Below, in pieces: positions 49,957-58,546 of a stretch of DNA of 64,000 nucleotides (its first letter is position 1; the number at the start of each line of letters is the position of its first letter). Source of the stretch: a virus; IMG/VR virus record IMGVR_UViG_3300010885_014582, positions 30,014-94,013 of that record; one strand, given 5' to 3'. A program made the translations under genes and the position numbers. A model generated the notes under the pieces. That model saw only the letters and a program-made list of their open reading frames with translations, did no database searches and was not told where the DNA came from.

Positions 49957-50541
49957 CTAAGAGCCACTACCAGCCCTCTTTACACCAGCGTTCTTCTTAG
50001 GATTACGACTAAACATGACCTTCATATCCGCACGACCTGGGTTTTTCTCGTTGATGTTGTCAACAATGTTCATAGTTGCCTCATGCATAGCCTTACCCAT
50101 ATTAATTGTGGATGAAGGGTCGGTAGTGCGATCCAAATGGTTGACCATCTCTGCTGCAATACCACGCTGTTGGTGGTCTGGGTGAACATTCATGAAGCCA
50201 ATATTGGTATCAGCCGCATGGTAGGTCCTGTCTTGCTCGATATAAGACCCATCTGGCTGTTCTACATTGTATATGAACCCTCTTTTAGTCATAGGTTCAC
50301 GATAAAAGTCTGTATAACCGATTAAACCTTGTGTTCCTGTCTCACTGGGTCGTACATAACCCTTTTCAATGGTGAATTTACGGGTCTCATTCGGGTCAAT
50401 CACCTGTAGACGGCGTGGTTCTCCATAGGATTTGAGTGGGTGGTCATATGCATGGTCTTGAGGCATAGGAAATTCCATGTAGTGGCGACCTACATGGTCT
50501 GTAAATTGAGCACCAAGGTGTGGGATTGGGTTATCAGCCAT
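49957..50541 (-). CDS. GNAT-family acetyltransferase
   Basis: IGFMNVHPDHQQRGIAAEMV motif A; N-terminal HLGAQF. Confidence 0.8.
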   Translation of the reverse strand: MADNPIPHLGAQFTDHVGRHYMEFPMPQDHAYDHPLKSYGEPRRLQVIDPNETRKFTIEKGYVRPSETGTQGLIGYTDFYREPMTKRGFIYNVEQPDGSYIEQDRTYHAADTNIGFMNVHPDHQQRGIAAEMVNHLDRTTDPSSTINMGKAMHEATMNIVDNINEKNPGRADMKVMFSRNPKKNAGVKRAGSGS

Positions 50542-50550
50542 ATAACTAGT

Positions 50551-51021
50551 TTACTTCTTAAATGGCCCGCCAGCCATTACAGATATAGTACCCATAAATG
50601 CCTTTTCTGAGTCAGCATCCGCATTGAGTAGGAATTGTTGTGTGTTCAAATGCTTAACATGATTACCAACGAATGCAGCAGGAACCACATAAGAAGTTGA
50701 ACCTTTGTCTTCACGCTCATTTTTGTAAGGGTAAATTCGTGTTTGACTATGTTCAGGGACTGTTCTGCTCTCATCTTCTGAAAACATGGGGTCTTCCCAC
50801 ACTCTCCTAGATGTTGGAGCAGAATCAGATATCTCATAAGCATGTATTTGACCGATACCCACTTGGGCTTTACCCGTACCTTCGGGGTCCCAGTCCACAC
50901 CATGCTCAATTTCATCGTCTAGACGGTCATTGGCGGCTTTGTGCGTGCCTGCGTGGAAGGGGTAACCATGTTCATGTGGTGCTTGACCACTCAAAGTGCC
51001 GTGGTAAACAATCTTTCCCAT
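50551..51021 (-). CDS. ADP-ribosyltransferase-like protein (ART-PolyVal-like)
   Basis: VYHGT...HAGT..AA..R...YKNEREDKGSTSYVV. Confidence 0.65.
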   Translation of the reverse strand: MGKIVYHGTLSGQAPHEHGYPFHAGTHKAANDRLDDEIEHGVDWDPEGTGKAQVGIGQIHAYEISDSAPTSRRVWEDPMFSEDESRTVPEHSQTRIYPYKNEREDKGSTSYVVPAAFVGNHVKHLNTQQFLLNADADSEKAFMGTISVMAGGPFKK

Positions 51022-51026
51022 AACTA

Positions 51027-51392
51027 CTAGTTTACTCTACGGGTATAGGCTCTACGAATAACACGATAACCCTCAGGAGAGGTGTGTTGTCTCAACGAAC
51101 CGTCACGAAACTTGGTCTCTGTCCATTCAGCGGTTTCTGGGTTGACTGGCTCTACTTGATATACCCGTGTGCGGGCATCAGGACGGTCATTCATTATCTT
51201 GGAGACACCACCGTAGTACTTAGCGGTCTCTAGGTCATCGGTGGCATAGGCAAGGTTAGGGTCATTCTTGCTCTTGGCACCCCAGTTGCGTGTTGCACCT
51301 GTCTGTGAGGGAGGGAGAATCAGGTCACCAGTCTTGAACTTACGGCTTGTCCCATGAAAGAGGGTCTCATTGACATGTTCCGATGCTGACAT
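51027..51392 (-). CDS. Arr-like (rifampin ADP-ribosyltransferase fold) protein
   Basis: LFHGT...GDLILP...AYAT...A..Y...RVYQVEP...SPEGYRV. Confidence 0.75.
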   Translation of the reverse strand: MSASEHVNETLFHGTSRKFKTGDLILPPSQTGATRNWGAKSKNDPNLAYATDDLETAKYYGGVSKIMNDRPDARTRVYQVEPVNPETAEWTETKFRDGSLRQHTSPEGYRVIRRAYTRRVN

Positions 51393-51408
51393 CTATCTAG
51401 TTTACTAC

Positions 51409-51930
51409 CTAGTAACCACGCTCTTGCTTGAGTTTGGCTGCATGTGCTTCGACATCTGATGGCTTGAACTGGACAGACAACTTGTGTGTACCACCTTCGG
51501 TAGCCCATGGGAACCATCCTCTGACATGATCAGGGTGTATACCCTCTACTGGGCGTGTTCCCTGTGCCATCTCCTGTAGTCCCTTGACGGTCCCAACCAC
51601 GGCTGACCTCAGTGTTCGTCCAGCAGGAACATTAAACTCATGAAATGGTTGGTCACTGGCTGAACTAATCAACTTAACCCTGGCGTAAGCCTCATCCCAA
51701 ACTGGGGTACCTTTTTTAGTCGTGCCTTTTTGGCGGGGAGTACTGTGTTCTACATGGGCTTGTATCATTGAAGAGTTACCATATGGAACATCCAGGATGG
51801 CATGGGAAGCAATTGTTGGGTTTTCAAAGTCATCTTCTGATGATTGCCACTGGTCGTCATGCTCTGGACCTGTGGATAGGCGGGCGACAATATGGTTATG
51901 TCCTGAATTAAAGGCTTCGTTACGACTCAT
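51409..51930 (-). CDS. Hypothetical protein (first gene of the minus-strand arm)
   Basis: TATACT-6nt-ATG leaderless start. Confidence 0.7.
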   Translation of the reverse strand: MSRNEAFNSGHNHIVARLSTGPEHDDQWQSSEDDFENPTIASHAILDVPYGNSSMIQAHVEHSTPRQKGTTKKGTPVWDEAYARVKLISSASDQPFHEFNVPAGRTLRSAVVGTVKGLQEMAQGTRPVEGIHPDHVRGWFPWATEGGTHKLSVQFKPSDVEAHAAKLKQERGY

Positions 51931-52040
51931 ATATCTAGTATAGGGCTATCTGGGGCGGGTTTTTTGTTTACCCCATTTCCTGGATAGGGCTACATGGCGG
52001 ATCTGTGTGTCTTGGGGGGATGTTCCCTACCCCCCGACCC

Positions 52041-52242
52041 TGTGACGGGCGTCACTTAACCATGGGGGGGTGTGACAAATGGCACATGTGACGAAGGTCA
52101 CACCGCCAAACCATGTGACATTCGTCACTATCCCTTGACAGGAGACCCGATCTATGACCAGTAAATGAAACCCTTATATCATATGGGTCGCAGGGGTAGT
52201 CATACCATAGGGCGCCCTTTGTCAAGTGTGACATTTGCCACT
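52041..52242. repeat. Five TGTGA-N6-TCACA-like palindromes (CRP/GlxR-box-like)
   Basis: 52041-56, 52071-86, 52087-102 (perfect), 52114-29, 52227-42. Confidence 0.75.
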
Positions 52243-52723
52243 TACCCATGGGTAAACCCTTATGCCATAAGGAAACCCCACCAGACACGCCAGAACGCCC
52301 CTTACCCGTGAGTAACCCCTGTTTGGGGGTGCTTATACCTTTTTGCGATTTTGGGCGCTTAAACGGCGTCGCTACCCCCTGAAAAGGGGTCAAAATGGGG
52401 GCAATTACCCCTGATTTCATTGGCTATCTGCGTATATTCACATTTTTCAATTGAAATCTCTGGGGATGGGTCGAGGGCTATCGATGGGGGCGCTGGGGCG
52501 TGAGGGCGATGTGGGTAGGTCACATGACCCCCAGAGCCACAGGAATCACAATGAGCCAGCCACGCCAGCCACCAGCCACACATGCACCTGCATCCCCTCC
52601 TGTTCCTTCCCTTGGAACCCTCTGGAAACGATTCGGTTTTGCGCCCTTTTCCTTGCCCTGTAAGGCTCAGAATCGATCGTCCACGAGCACATATATATGC
52701 CCCAGAAACTTTGATTGAAACTA

Positions 52724-52815
52724 TTGACGCCAGCCCATCCACCTGCGAGACTGGGAACGGAGGGCACATATTCCCCTCCGAGTGGCTTGACACCGCTCCA
52801 CGGTCAATTAATTGC
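52724..52815 (+). promoter_or_regulatory. Candidate early sigma70-type promoters
   Basis: TTGACG-17-GAGACT (52724-52752) and TTGACA (52787) with a weak AT-rich -10. Confidence 0.4.
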
Positions 52816-53075
52816 TAGGCGCCTTCGGGCTTGCAAAGGCTCCCGTGGAGATGCCAGTAAACAGAGGTGAAGGGAACATGGCGTGAGCCATGGGTGATGC
52901 AACACACCCCAATAACAAAGCCTGTCATCTTGGTAGAGATGGCTGATTCGGCGCCCACGATATGGCGCCCCAATTCACAGTCCTGCACTTCTCTTCGGAT
53001 GAGTTCAGTGAGAGCAACCTTTCACTGTCGGAGCAACACCGAGCGCAGGGGCTAATGCCACACGGCATTTACAAC
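52815..53075 (+). ncRNA. Highly structured leader / candidate ncRNA
   Basis: Dense hairpins with UUCG and GNRA loops; multibranch junction at 52978-53053. Confidence 0.55.
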
Positions 53076-53089
53076 AAAGGAGCACCACG

Positions 53090-53272
53090 ATGGCAACATC
53101 GACATACTCAATCAAAGTCAATCGTCACGAAGGTGACGGTTGGCAAATCTGGGCAATTCTTCTCACCAAAGAAGAGGGTCTCAAGCAAGTCCGTGAGTCC
53201 AATAAATGGGCGAAGGACAACGGCTTTCAGTGGACATACCTCCTCTGCCGTCCGACTCTGCCAGAGGGTTAG
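53090..53272 (+). CDS. Early hypothetical protein
   Basis: AAAGGAG RBS. Confidence 0.7.
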   Translation: MATSTYSIKVNRHEGDGWQIWAILLTKEEGLKQVRESNKWAKDNGFQWTYLLCRPTLPEG

Positions 53273-53284
53273 TAACACTCACCT

Positions 53285-53370
53285 GCATCACCGCTTCGGC
53301 GGTGGTGCTCACAAAGGGCATTGGCTTCGGTCAGTGCCTTTTGTGAGCATCTGCTCAAGCACCACCACAA
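53285..53370 (+). repeat. Three-hairpin structured element, copy 1
   Basis: GCATCACCGC-TTCG-GCGGTGGTGC; CTCACAAAGGGCATTGGC-TTCG-GTCAGTGCCTTTTGTGAG; GAGCA/TGCTC; AGCACCACCAC. Confidence 0.75.
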
Positions 53371-53383
53371 CAAAGGAGTTCAC

Positions 53384-53974
53384 ATGAACAGATATCAAAA
53401 CTTAAAGCATTACGCCCAAATCAAAGCGAACATCAAGAAGCGCAACTCAAACTTTGCAGAGCGCAACTTGTGGGACGCAATTCCAGTCATCAACGAAGAT
53501 TCCCAGTGGGGACAACTTGTCAAAGACTTCAGCATCGACTCGCACGATGGTCATGTTGGCGTCGTGTCCAGCCGTGAGCCGTTCAAGAAGCGTGACGGTC
53601 GCTGTGGTGTCCGCATCGAGATGGAGTTCATCAACCACACAACAGCGAATGAGTACAGCCCAGATGTGCGGACACGCAAGTTTGAGTTCATCTACAAGCC
53701 AGAAGCACCTGTTGCGACTGCGACTGTGCGTGAGTTCAACTTCGTAGTGGTCGCCACTGTCGACGAGCACGGTGTGACCACCTTCTCGATTGACTCTGCT
53801 CGCAGTGACGCTTGCGTCGATGCGGTGTACGAGTACCCAGCAGGCACTGACCAGTACGACCCACGATGTGACCAGCGTGGTTACAACGGTGTTGGTGAGC
53901 ACGAGACAGCCTCTCGAATCGTTGACCTACTCGCTGATGCGCTCGTATCCATCTCATACCCAACCAACGCCTAG
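53384..53974 (+). CDS. Early hypothetical protein
   Basis: Start moved to MNRYQ after the AAAGGAG RBS. Confidence 0.75.
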   Translation: MNRYQNLKHYAQIKANIKKRNSNFAERNLWDAIPVINEDSQWGQLVKDFSIDSHDGHVGVVSSREPFKKRDGRCGVRIEMEFINHTTANEYSPDVRTRKFEFIYKPEAPVATATVREFNFVVVATVDEHGVTTFSIDSARSDACVDAVYEYPAGTDQYDPRCDQRGYNGVGEHETASRIVDLLADALVSISYPTNA

Positions 53975-53984
53975 GAGGCACCAC

Positions 53985-54311
53985 ATGAACAGCAACCGCA
54001 AAGGAATCATCCACGAGTGCCAGCCAGAAGTATCTGACTGGATTCTCTGCGCCGACTTCGAGGACGAGATGCCTCATGACAACCCAGAGCGTCACAAGTG
54101 GCACAACCGTGTCCTAGGCGACTTCCAGACGGAGACAGGCGTGTACCTGCTCGACCTGACAGTCGACGAGAACGACGGTGACCCCGACTATGACGAGGTC
54201 GCATTCAGACTCACGAATCACGGGTTCGACATCTACAACAGCGACACCTACTTCGAGGTGTACAACAAAGCAGTCTTCTGCGACGACGAAGAGTGTGGGG
54301 AGGTTCGCTGA
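53985..54311 (+). CDS. Acidic early protein
   Basis: Start MNSNRK after AGGAGG. Confidence 0.75.
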   Translation: MNSNRKGIIHECQPEVSDWILCADFEDEMPHDNPERHKWHNRVLGDFQTETGVYLLDLTVDENDGDPDYDEVAFRLTNHGFDIYNSDTYFEVYNKAVFCDDEECGEVR

Positions 54312-54375
54312 CCCAGACAACCATCCATCGATCCCTTTCAACCACACACCACCCAAACCGCCTAGGAGGCACACA

Positions 54376-55290
54376 ATGAGCACCAGCACATCAATCCATG
54401 AGCACGCAGTCGAAATCGACACACGGCTCGCTACGACCTACAAGCACCTGTCCGACATCGAGTACAGCATCGAGCGTGCTGAGAGCGCCATTCGCCGTGC
54501 GACTGGTCAGACCTACCACCACGGTCAGTGGGACGGCACACTGCACGACGCACTGATAGTGACTACCTTCCGCACCGAGTGGGACGCCAGAGGTCATGAA
54601 GATGGCATCAAGTCACTCAATGACTTGCGCCCAGTGCGTGACTCACTGAATGTCATCATCGATGCCTGCAACGCCGACTGGCGTGACAATGGTCGCTGGT
54701 CGAGGTTCTATCTGGTCACCAACACCAACGGTCACATCCACTCCAGCCTCGGTTGCTCGACCTGCTTCCGTGACACCAACTTTGCTTGGCTCACTCATCT
54801 CTCAGGACTCGATGAGGCAGACGCTGTGCAGGCGGAAGGCGAAGTGCTCTGCACAATCTGTTACCCGTCAGCGCCAGTGTCATGGACGAACGGCATCAGC
54901 CGTCGTGACAAGGAAGCCAAGGCACTGCGTGAAGCCGAGAAGGCAGAGCGTCAGCGCATCAAGGCTGAGAAGTCACTGAGCATCAACGGTGATGTGGTCA
55001 GCATCCGCATCGACCCGAAGGAAGGCTCTCGCTACTACGGTCACAAAGACTTCAAGACATTGCGCTCTGCGGAGTTGTGGCTCGTCGAGGCATACACACA
55101 TGTCTTAATCGAGTCATGGAAATCCCTTGGCGATACGAACTGCTGGTCAGTGACACCTGATGCCTTCAGCAATGAGAACCACGCTCTCGTGCTCGACCTG
55201 TACCTCAAGAAGACAGGCAAGGCGTTCGACGATGTCGTGCCTGCCTTCCTCAAGAAGGCTGAGAAGAAGGCACGAGGCAATCGCTACTAG
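54376..55290 (+). CDS. Early protein with Cys/His (Zn-binding) motif of actinophage type
   Basis: WSRFYLVT...GHIHSS..CSTC...LCTICYPSAPV; start MSTSTS after AGGAGG. Confidence 0.75.
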   Translation: MSTSTSIHEHAVEIDTRLATTYKHLSDIEYSIERAESAIRRATGQTYHHGQWDGTLHDALIVTTFRTEWDARGHEDGIKSLNDLRPVRDSLNVIIDACNADWRDNGRWSRFYLVTNTNGHIHSSLGCSTCFRDTNFAWLTHLSGLDEADAVQAEGEVLCTICYPSAPVSWTNGISRRDKEAKALREAEKAERQRIKAEKSLSINGDVVSIRIDPKEGSRYYGHKDFKTLRSAELWLVEAYTHVLIESWKSLGDTNCWSVTPDAFSNENHALVLDLYLKKTGKAFDDVVPAFLKKAEKKARGNRY

Positions 55291-55295
55291 TAACT

Positions 55296-55400
55296 GGGGC
55301 GTCACAGCATCGCTGTGGCGCTCTCAGAGGGCATCAGACACGCTCTGGTGCCTTCTGAGGGCGGACACCGCCCAGCACCACCACAACGACCTTAGGAGGT
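55296..55400 (+). repeat. Three-hairpin structured element, copy 2
   Basis: GGGGCGTCACAGC/GCTGTGGCGCTCT; CTCAGAGGGCATCAGA/TCTGGTGCCTTCTGAG; GGGCGG/CCGCCC. Confidence 0.75.
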
Positions 55401-55406
55401 CACACA

Positions 55407-55916
55407 ATGTCCATTTACTCATACGGCATCACTGGTACCCGTCATCTCGACGGCATCGGTCAAGTCTCAACAGTCAAGTTCCGCTTCTCTCGCTCATACG
55501 CAGACAACGCACGCATTGCACGCCAAGAGCGTGCGGACAAGGCGTACATCGATCGATTCGATGGCGTCAAGTTCCCTCATCTCGTCGCTTACCGTGGCGC
55601 TCTTGGTGTGTGGACAAGTGACAGTGTCATCGGTGACGAGTGCATCGAGAACTTGCGTGGTGGTGTCCTGAAGTACCTGCCAGAAGCAGAGTTGAACGCT
55701 CTTCCCTTGTGGGTCATCTTCGCTGTTCAAGCAGTCGACCGAGGCGACATTCCATTCGTGCCGACCAGCGAGAAGGAATACCAACTCATCACCGATGCCT
55801 ACATCACCTTGCGCTTGCGCCAGCGTGGTGACCGCAACGCTCAACCACTCATCCGTAACAACAAGTGGTGGGTCAAGTTGCTCGACAGCAACTTCCACCA
55901 AACAGCAACCGCCTAG
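55407..55916 (+). CDS. Early hypothetical protein
   Basis: AGGAGG RBS. Confidence 0.75.
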   Translation: MSIYSYGITGTRHLDGIGQVSTVKFRFSRSYADNARIARQERADKAYIDRFDGVKFPHLVAYRGALGVWTSDSVIGDECIENLRGGVLKYLPEAELNALPLWVIFAVQAVDRGDIPFVPTSEKEYQLITDAYITLRLRQRGDRNAQPLIRNNKWWVKLLDSNFHQTATA

Positions 55917-55925
55917 GAGGCACAC

Positions 55926-56150
55926 ATGTACATCATTCAACTTAGTTTCACGAGGTCACCACGCATACCGAAGTACCTGAAGGCACATCACTTGCGTGGA
56001 GGCAGAATCGTCACCACCCGTCACCAACACTGTGCACGCAAGTTCAAGTCTGAAGCAGAGGCGCAAGAGTTTGTAGACAAACTCAGCATCTACTACCTCG
56101 GCTATGTCTGGACAGTCGTACCGTTCATCCCACAATCAGTAAGCGCCTAG
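55926..56150 (+). CDS. Small basic early protein
   Basis: AGGAGG RBS; ARKFKSEAEA. Confidence 0.7.
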   Translation: MYIIQLSFTRSPRIPKYLKAHHLRGGRIVTTRHQHCARKFKSEAEAQEFVDKLSIYYLGYVWTVVPFIPQSVSA

Positions 56151-56162
56151 GAGGCACACACA

Positions 56163-56822
56163 ATGTCAGCAACCACCATTACCCCCAAGCAACAATCCTT
56201 CGTGCGCTCATTGCTCACTGAGCGCCAAGCAGTGCTCGGTATCGATGACATCGATGCGTACATCAGGGAGAAGGGCATCGATCGATTGACTGGTGCATCT
56301 GCCAGCAAGGTCATCGAGCAACTGCTCACGATTGCCAAGCCAGTGAACCCAGAGCACGCTCACCTGCCCCAAGGTCATGTCATCGTCAACAAGCGTGACG
56401 GTGTCTGCACCAAGTGCAACGGTGAGGTGCTCAAGTTCGACGGCTTCGCTGTCGCTGTCAACGGAGGTTGGAAGACCTTCCACAAGGCAGATGAGTGCCT
56501 ACCAGAACCAGCCACGCTCGAAGCCATCGAGTTCGGCTACTACGCACTGCCCAGTGCCACTGGCAACAACGACCTCGACTTCTTCTTCGTCAGTAAGAGC
56601 CGTGAGATACGCCGTGTACTCGGTGGTCATGCACCGCTCCGCATCTCGACGACAGAGGTCAAGCAAGTAGTCGAGCGCCTCACAGCGCTCACAGAAGAGC
56701 AGGTGCGTGACGCACACATCCTCTACGGTCAAGAGATTGGCTCGTGCGGATTGTGTGGTCGGTCACTCACTGATGAAGCGAGCCGTGCTCGTGGACTTGG
56801 TTCTGACTGCGCCAGCAAGTAA
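56163..56822 (+). CDS. DUF6011-like zinc-finger protein
   Basis: TPKQQSF...ASKVIEQL N-domain; CGLCGRSLTDEASRARGLGSDC. Confidence 0.8.
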   Translation: MSATTITPKQQSFVRSLLTERQAVLGIDDIDAYIREKGIDRLTGASASKVIEQLLTIAKPVNPEHAHLPQGHVIVNKRDGVCTKCNGEVLKFDGFAVAVNGGWKTFHKADECLPEPATLEAIEFGYYALPSATGNNDLDFFFVSKSREIRRVLGGHAPLRISTTEVKQVVERLTALTEEQVRDAHILYGQEIGSCGLCGRSLTDEASRARGLGSDCASK

Positions 56823-56864
56823 CCTCAACACCCCAAGCAAGCACCACCACAAGAAGGAAACGAA

Positions 56865-58406
56865 ATGTCCAATGAAAGAAATGCCCTTGACGCCCTGCTC
56901 GCAGGCTCCGTCAAGGTTCAACCACCACAAGATGTCAACCCAGAACTCACAGCACTGTCCAGTGCACACGACTTCGATCTTGGCTTCGACCTAGCACTGC
57001 CACTGCTCCCGTACCAGCGTGCTGGTGCTGGCTACGCACTCAAGCAACGCCGTGTCATCCTCGGTGATGAGATGGGCTTAGGTAAGACACCTCAACTCAT
57101 CGCTGTTGCTGTCAAGGCTGTTGAAGAGGGACACCGTGTCCTCATCAGCGTGCCACCGTCACTGCGTATCAACTGGGTGCGAGAGATTGCCAAGTTCACT
57201 GACAATGCGTTGAGCGTTGAAGTCATCGATGGTACGAAGCCGTACAAGTTGTCTGGCGCTGATGTCACCGTCATTGGTGACGCTGGACTCACTGGCTGGG
57301 CACCTGCGCTCGACCGTCAAGGCTTCGGTGCACTGCTAGTCGATGAGGCACACCGCTTCAAGAACGCCAAGTCAAAGCGCACCATTGCTCTTCAGGGCAT
57401 CGCTCGTGGCATCCCACAGGATGGGTATGTCGTGCTCGCCTCTGGTACGCCAGCGGTCAACCGTCCAGTCGAACTGGTGGCACTGCTCGACATCATTGGC
57501 ACGCTCGACCCAGTGTTCGGTAGTGCTGGCTCATTCAAGTTCCGCTACTGCGACCCAGTGAAGAACAACTTCGGTTGGACATTCGTTGGTTCATCGAACA
57601 GTGCAGAACTACACGCCAAGTTGCGTGGCACCTGCTACATCCGTCGTCGCAAGAATGATGTGCTCACTGAGTTGCCTGCGAAGCGTCGTGCATCTGTAGC
57701 GATCGAATTGTCAGACACTGAGTTGAAGGAATATCTCAAGATTGAGAATGAGTTCCTCGGCTGGGTGTTCGAGAAGGGCGGTCGTGAGGCTGTGCTGAAA
57801 GCATCTCGTGCTGAAGCAATCACCAAACTCACCGCACTGCGTCAGTCAATTGCCAAGGCAAAGATAAAGCACGCCATCAACCACATCGAGACCATCATTG
57901 ATGGTGACGAGCCAGTGGTGGTGTTCGGGCATCACCGCTCAGTGCTCAACGCAATCATCGATGAGTGTCGTGCACGCTCCGTTGAAGACCCACGATGGAA
58001 TGTCGTGAGTGTTCTCGGTGGCATGACTGACAGTGCCAAGCAGTTAGCGGTTGACGACTTCCAATCTGGTCGTGCGTCAATCTTCGTAGGCAACTACGAG
58101 TCTGCTGGTGTCGGTCTCACACTCACCCGTGCGAACCAGTGGGTGTCTGTGGAGAATCCATGGACGCCTGCCTCACTCAGTCAAGCCGAAGACCGTTGCC
58201 ACCGATTCGGGCAGAGCGAAGCAGTCACCTGCTGGAACCTGCTCGGTGTGCGTAGCAACGGTGTCGACACGATCGATGAGCGCTTGTTCGCACTGCTCAA
58301 CTCAAAGCAAGAAGTACTGAGTTCAGTGCTCGACGGATTCGCTGAAGACTTGAACGCTGACAACGACTCACTGTTGTCATCGCTCTTGTCCGACTGGGTC
58401 GGTTAA
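56865..58406 (+). CDS. SNF2-family (SMARCAL1/HARP-like) helicase/ATPase
   Basis: DEMGLGKT, DEAH, SGTP..NRP, RRRKNDVLTELP, GVGLTLT, QAEDRCHRFGQ. Confidence 0.93.
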   Translation: MSNERNALDALLAGSVKVQPPQDVNPELTALSSAHDFDLGFDLALPLLPYQRAGAGYALKQRRVILGDEMGLGKTPQLIAVAVKAVEEGHRVLISVPPSLRINWVREIAKFTDNALSVEVIDGTKPYKLSGADVTVIGDAGLTGWAPALDRQGFGALLVDEAHRFKNAKSKRTIALQGIARGIPQDGYVVLASGTPAVNRPVELVALLDIIGTLDPVFGSAGSFKFRYCDPVKNNFGWTFVGSSNSAELHAKLRGTCYIRRRKNDVLTELPAKRRASVAIELSDTELKEYLKIENEFLGWVFEKGGREAVLKASRAEAITKLTALRQSIAKAKIKHAINHIETIIDGDEPVVVFGHHRSVLNAIIDECRARSVEDPRWNVVSVLGGMTDSAKQLAVDDFQSGRASIFVGNYESAGVGLTLTRANQWVSVENPWTPASLSQAEDRCHRFGQSEAVTCWNLLGVRSNGVDTIDERLFALLNSKQEVLSSVLDGFAEDLNADNDSLLSSLLSDWVG

Positions 58407-58430
58407 CAAACAATCTGAGGTGGTGCTCAT

Positions 58431-58542
58431 GGGCGTCACGAGGGCAACCTCGTGGCGTGCCAAGGGCACTGTGACACCCCCCCGTGCCACAGTGTCTTTG
58501 GGACGCAAGTCCACAAGCACCCAACCAATGCCTAAGGAGGCA
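58431..58542 (+). repeat. Three-hairpin structured element, copy 3
   Basis: GGCGTCACGAGG-GCAA-CCTCGTGGCGT; CCAAGGGCACTGTG/CACAGTGTCTTTGG; GGAC-GCAA-GTCC. Confidence 0.75.
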
Positions 58543-58546
58543 ACCA

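Larger units (their letters stand above)
45137..51942 (-). promoter_or_regulatory. Series of leaderless -10 promoters (TAnnnT 6-7 nt before the start codon)
   Basis: -10 boxes at 51937-42, 51399-404, 51029-34, 50548-53, 49905-10, 48974-79, 48147-52, 47094-99, 46632-37, 45144-49; also outside this span at 33453-58, 32428-33 and 4658-63 (spacers 6-8 nt). Confidence 0.75.

Noticed and set aside
51027-51392. Bona fide rifampin resistance gene arr
   Set aside because: Only the ART core motifs match. The EDDPN/KFPGNPT-type signature of true Arr enzymes is absent, and the context suggests a phage effector.
98-51943. Numerous plus-strand ORFs in the late arm (e.g. 43118..43726, 45661..46191) and minus-strand ORFs in the early arm
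   Set aside because: Antisense shadows of real genes with biased codon usage or low complexity; no RBS or recognisable motifs.
52978-53053. tRNA gene
   Set aside because: Cloverleaf-sized, but it lacks the T-loop GTTC motif, a canonical 7-nt anticodon loop and a CCA end.
52052-53387. ORFs predicted across the strand-switch region
   Set aside because: They overlap palindromes, promoters and RNA hairpins, lack RBSs and have atypical composition. Only 53090..53272 was accepted.
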